This document shows, in pieces, positions 62,302 to 64,000 of a stretch of 64,000 nt of DNA; within the stretch, counting starts at the first letter, position 1; every line of letters begins with the position of its first letter. Origin of the DNA: an uncultured Tateyamaria sp. (lineage in GTDB: Bacteria > Pseudomonadota > Alphaproteobacteria > Rhodobacterales > Rhodobacteraceae); assembly GCA_905480645.1 (NCBI GenBank), contig CAJQRC010000001.1, forward strand, positions 10,437 through 74,436. Reading direction: 5' to 3'. The notes beneath the pieces were generated by a model. It was not told where the DNA came from. It did not search any database and worked only from the letters and a program-made list of their open reading frames with translations. A program made the translations under genes and the position numbers.

Positions 62302-62329
62302 GACCGCATGATTGTCGATTCATGCGGTC
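62302..62329 (+). terminator. Perfect 10-bp stem hairpin (GACCGCATGA-N8-TCATGCGGTC) after the 124-aa gene
   Basis: Read directly, 19 nt after the stop. No T-tract follows. Confidence 0.5.
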
Positions 62330-62554
62330 AGTAAATCAGCTGCTGAAGTTGAAAGACTACCCAGTAATTTTTTAGTTAGCTTACTGATAGCCCTGAAATA
62401 CCAGAGTAATCTTGATCGTTGGGCACATACAATATAATGTCACTGTTATTTGTATGGTGCATTTCCAAATAACTACCATTTTATTAGAATTGAAATTCTT
62501 TGCTTGTCAGAGCACGGAACAAATTAAATCAAATGTAATACTAAGAATTATTTT

Positions 62555-62896
62555 AAGATTGAGCGTATCGAAACTGGCTTGCGATCTTCGAAAATTATTA
62601 AAAATAATGGAGTTGCTCATATTAAAGGTTAGATAGGGAACGGAGAAACAGTTAAAGAGTAGGAGTAAGAATGCCTCAAAAAGCTCGAGATACTGCTTTT
62701 GAAGGCCTGCTCAACTCATGAAAAAATGTTACGTGCTACAATCTGGTTAGCAGATATGAGCGACTTTGGAGAGTTAAAAGAGGTTTGGCATGCTTGGGTG
62801 CCCGAAGGATATGAACCGGCACATGCATACGGAGAAGCCAAGCTTGCTAGGGCAGAACTGAAGGCAGAAATTATCATCGACGCGGCATATGACTAA
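62555..62896 (+). pseudogene. YoaB-like RidA-family gene with three in-frame stops and no start codon
   Basis: A single frame reads KIERIETGLRSSKIIKNNGVAHIKG*IGNGETVKE*E*ECLKKLEILLLKACSTHEKMLRATIWLADMSDFGELKEVWHAWVPEGYEPAHAYGEAKLARAELKAEIIIDAAYD*. Stops are at 62630, 62660 and 62666. It parallels E. coli YoaB (IVRIDAEARWSDVVIHNNTLYYTG...ATIFLADKNDFAAMNKAWDAWV). Confidence 0.7.
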
Positions 62897-63447
62897 AAGC
62901 GAGACATAATATTTCAGCTTAGCTAATTTATCGTAAGGCCATACGAATGTTTATAGCATACCACCATCAAACAAATTAACCTTAAATAGTAAGGTCTGTT
63001 TCACTCAGAAAATAAACCGTAACCAAATGTATTTCACTGTAGGCACATACACACCAAGTAAGTACTAGTATTTCCATACTAATTAAGCGTGCAATAGTTT
63101 AAATTATTGCATTGATCTAAAAAACTATTTGAAAGGAAATATCAATATTTGGGTAGGAAGTCATTTTATCCCACAGATACCTGACAAAACTTACTTTATT
63201 GGGGCATTTACCCCCCAAAACCTCAAAAATAATAATTTATAGTAAGCTTGAAACCAAAACTCATTATCGATGGTCAAAAATCCTTACCTTACTGTAATCG
63301 TGAAAACGGGAAACTGACAGTTAGCATTTTAAGAATTAAGCCAAAATGATTGGAGTAGATAAGATAAAAAATAACTCAAGCCACTTGCTTTATTGATAAA
63401 ATACGTAGTTGATGAACCTGTAGTTAACCACATTAAATGATATTCAA

Positions 63448-64000
63448 ATGGTGATTATGCAAAACACAACCAAACAATCCAAATTATCCTTTTGTATCTT
63501 TTGCTTTTGTTTGTTGTTGGTTGCCTTATTAACTGGATGTTCTGGAGGACTATCTCAAAACGCTCGACAATCACTATCAGTATTCATACCGTACAATGTA
63601 AATTTTACAGAATTAAATTTCTATGCCGTCAGAGCCAAATCTGCATACGATTCACCTAGCGACATTAAGCGGACATATCCAGATGTCACACGAGTTATAA
63701 CACTGCTGAGCGTAGATGTGCGTTATTTCATTGAAACTGATCACAAATCGCAAACACAGACGATTTCTGTCCGCGGTACTGCTGATAAACCAAATTTTTG
63801 GGAAGACTTTGAAATCGCACTAATAAAAGACCCCATACTGGGGCGGGTTATTCACGGCGGATTCCAACGAGATGCATTAAGCGTTTGGGCGGATGCCAAA
63901 CCCCATTTGCGGCAAGATTATTCAATCAGATTAACAGGTCACTCTCTTGGAGCTGCTATAGCCTTAATCCTTGGCGCCTATGCCGACGCTGAAGGCTTTA
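63448..64000 (+). CDS. Class-3 lipase family lipoprotein (partial; continues past the window end)
   Basis: My translation: MVIMQNTTKQSKLSFCIFCFCLLLVALLTGCSG (lipobox) ... ISVRGTADKPNFWEDF...IHGGFQRDA...IRLTGHSLGAAIALILG (GHSLG nucleophile elbow). Not in the ORF track because there is no stop in the window. Confidence 0.8.
   Translation, partial: MVIMQNTTKQSKLSFCIFCFCLLLVALLTGCSGGLSQNARQSLSVFIPYNVNFTELNFYAVRAKSAYDSPSDIKRTYPDVTRVITLLSVDVRYFIETDHKSQTQTISVRGTADKPNFWEDFEIALIKDPILGRVIHGGFQRDALSVWADAKPHLRQDYSIRLTGHSLGAAIALILGAYADAEGF

Overview
This window looks like a chromosomal segment of an AT-leaning, marine-type alphaproteobacterium. Gene content and order resemble Rhodobacterales, but that is inference only. 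Housekeeping and osmolyte/one-carbon metabolism genes explain almost all of it. In order: a partial Atm1-like ABC exporter, a LysM protein, sodB, sarcosine oxidase soxB-[insert]-soxD-soxA-soxG, ccmI-ruvX-DUF1289, dusA, bioY and the glycine betaine transporter proXWV. Then come an M24 peptidase, an Asp/Glu-racemase-like gene, a dead DMGDH-like gene, a DMT transporter, znuA, and a LysR-linked enolase/GMC/FAD-oxidoreductase module. The rest is ugpBAECQ, a polar amino-acid ABC transporter, glnBA, a lytic transglycosylase, a DUF3445 protein, purB, pyc, gcvTHP behind a tandem glycine riboswitch, and a partial class-3 lipase. There are two tRNAs (Leu-TAG, Gly-GCC). I saw no rRNA, CRISPR array, intact mobile element, prophage or recognisable defence or secretion system. 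Accessory signal is mostly decay: six decayed genes (LOG-family, DMGDH-like, ICMT-like methyltransferase, YoaB/RidA-like, an IS481-family transposase next to tRNA-Leu, and a weak IS4-like remnant). The most unusual locus is a ~0.78 kb AT-rich insertion between soxB and soxD. It holds a 262-codon open frame of unknown family that abuts both sox genes, and an antisense 64-aa single-pass membrane ORF in a GC-rich core. This is my best candidate for something undescribed, but I cannot assign it a function and it needs database and expression checks.
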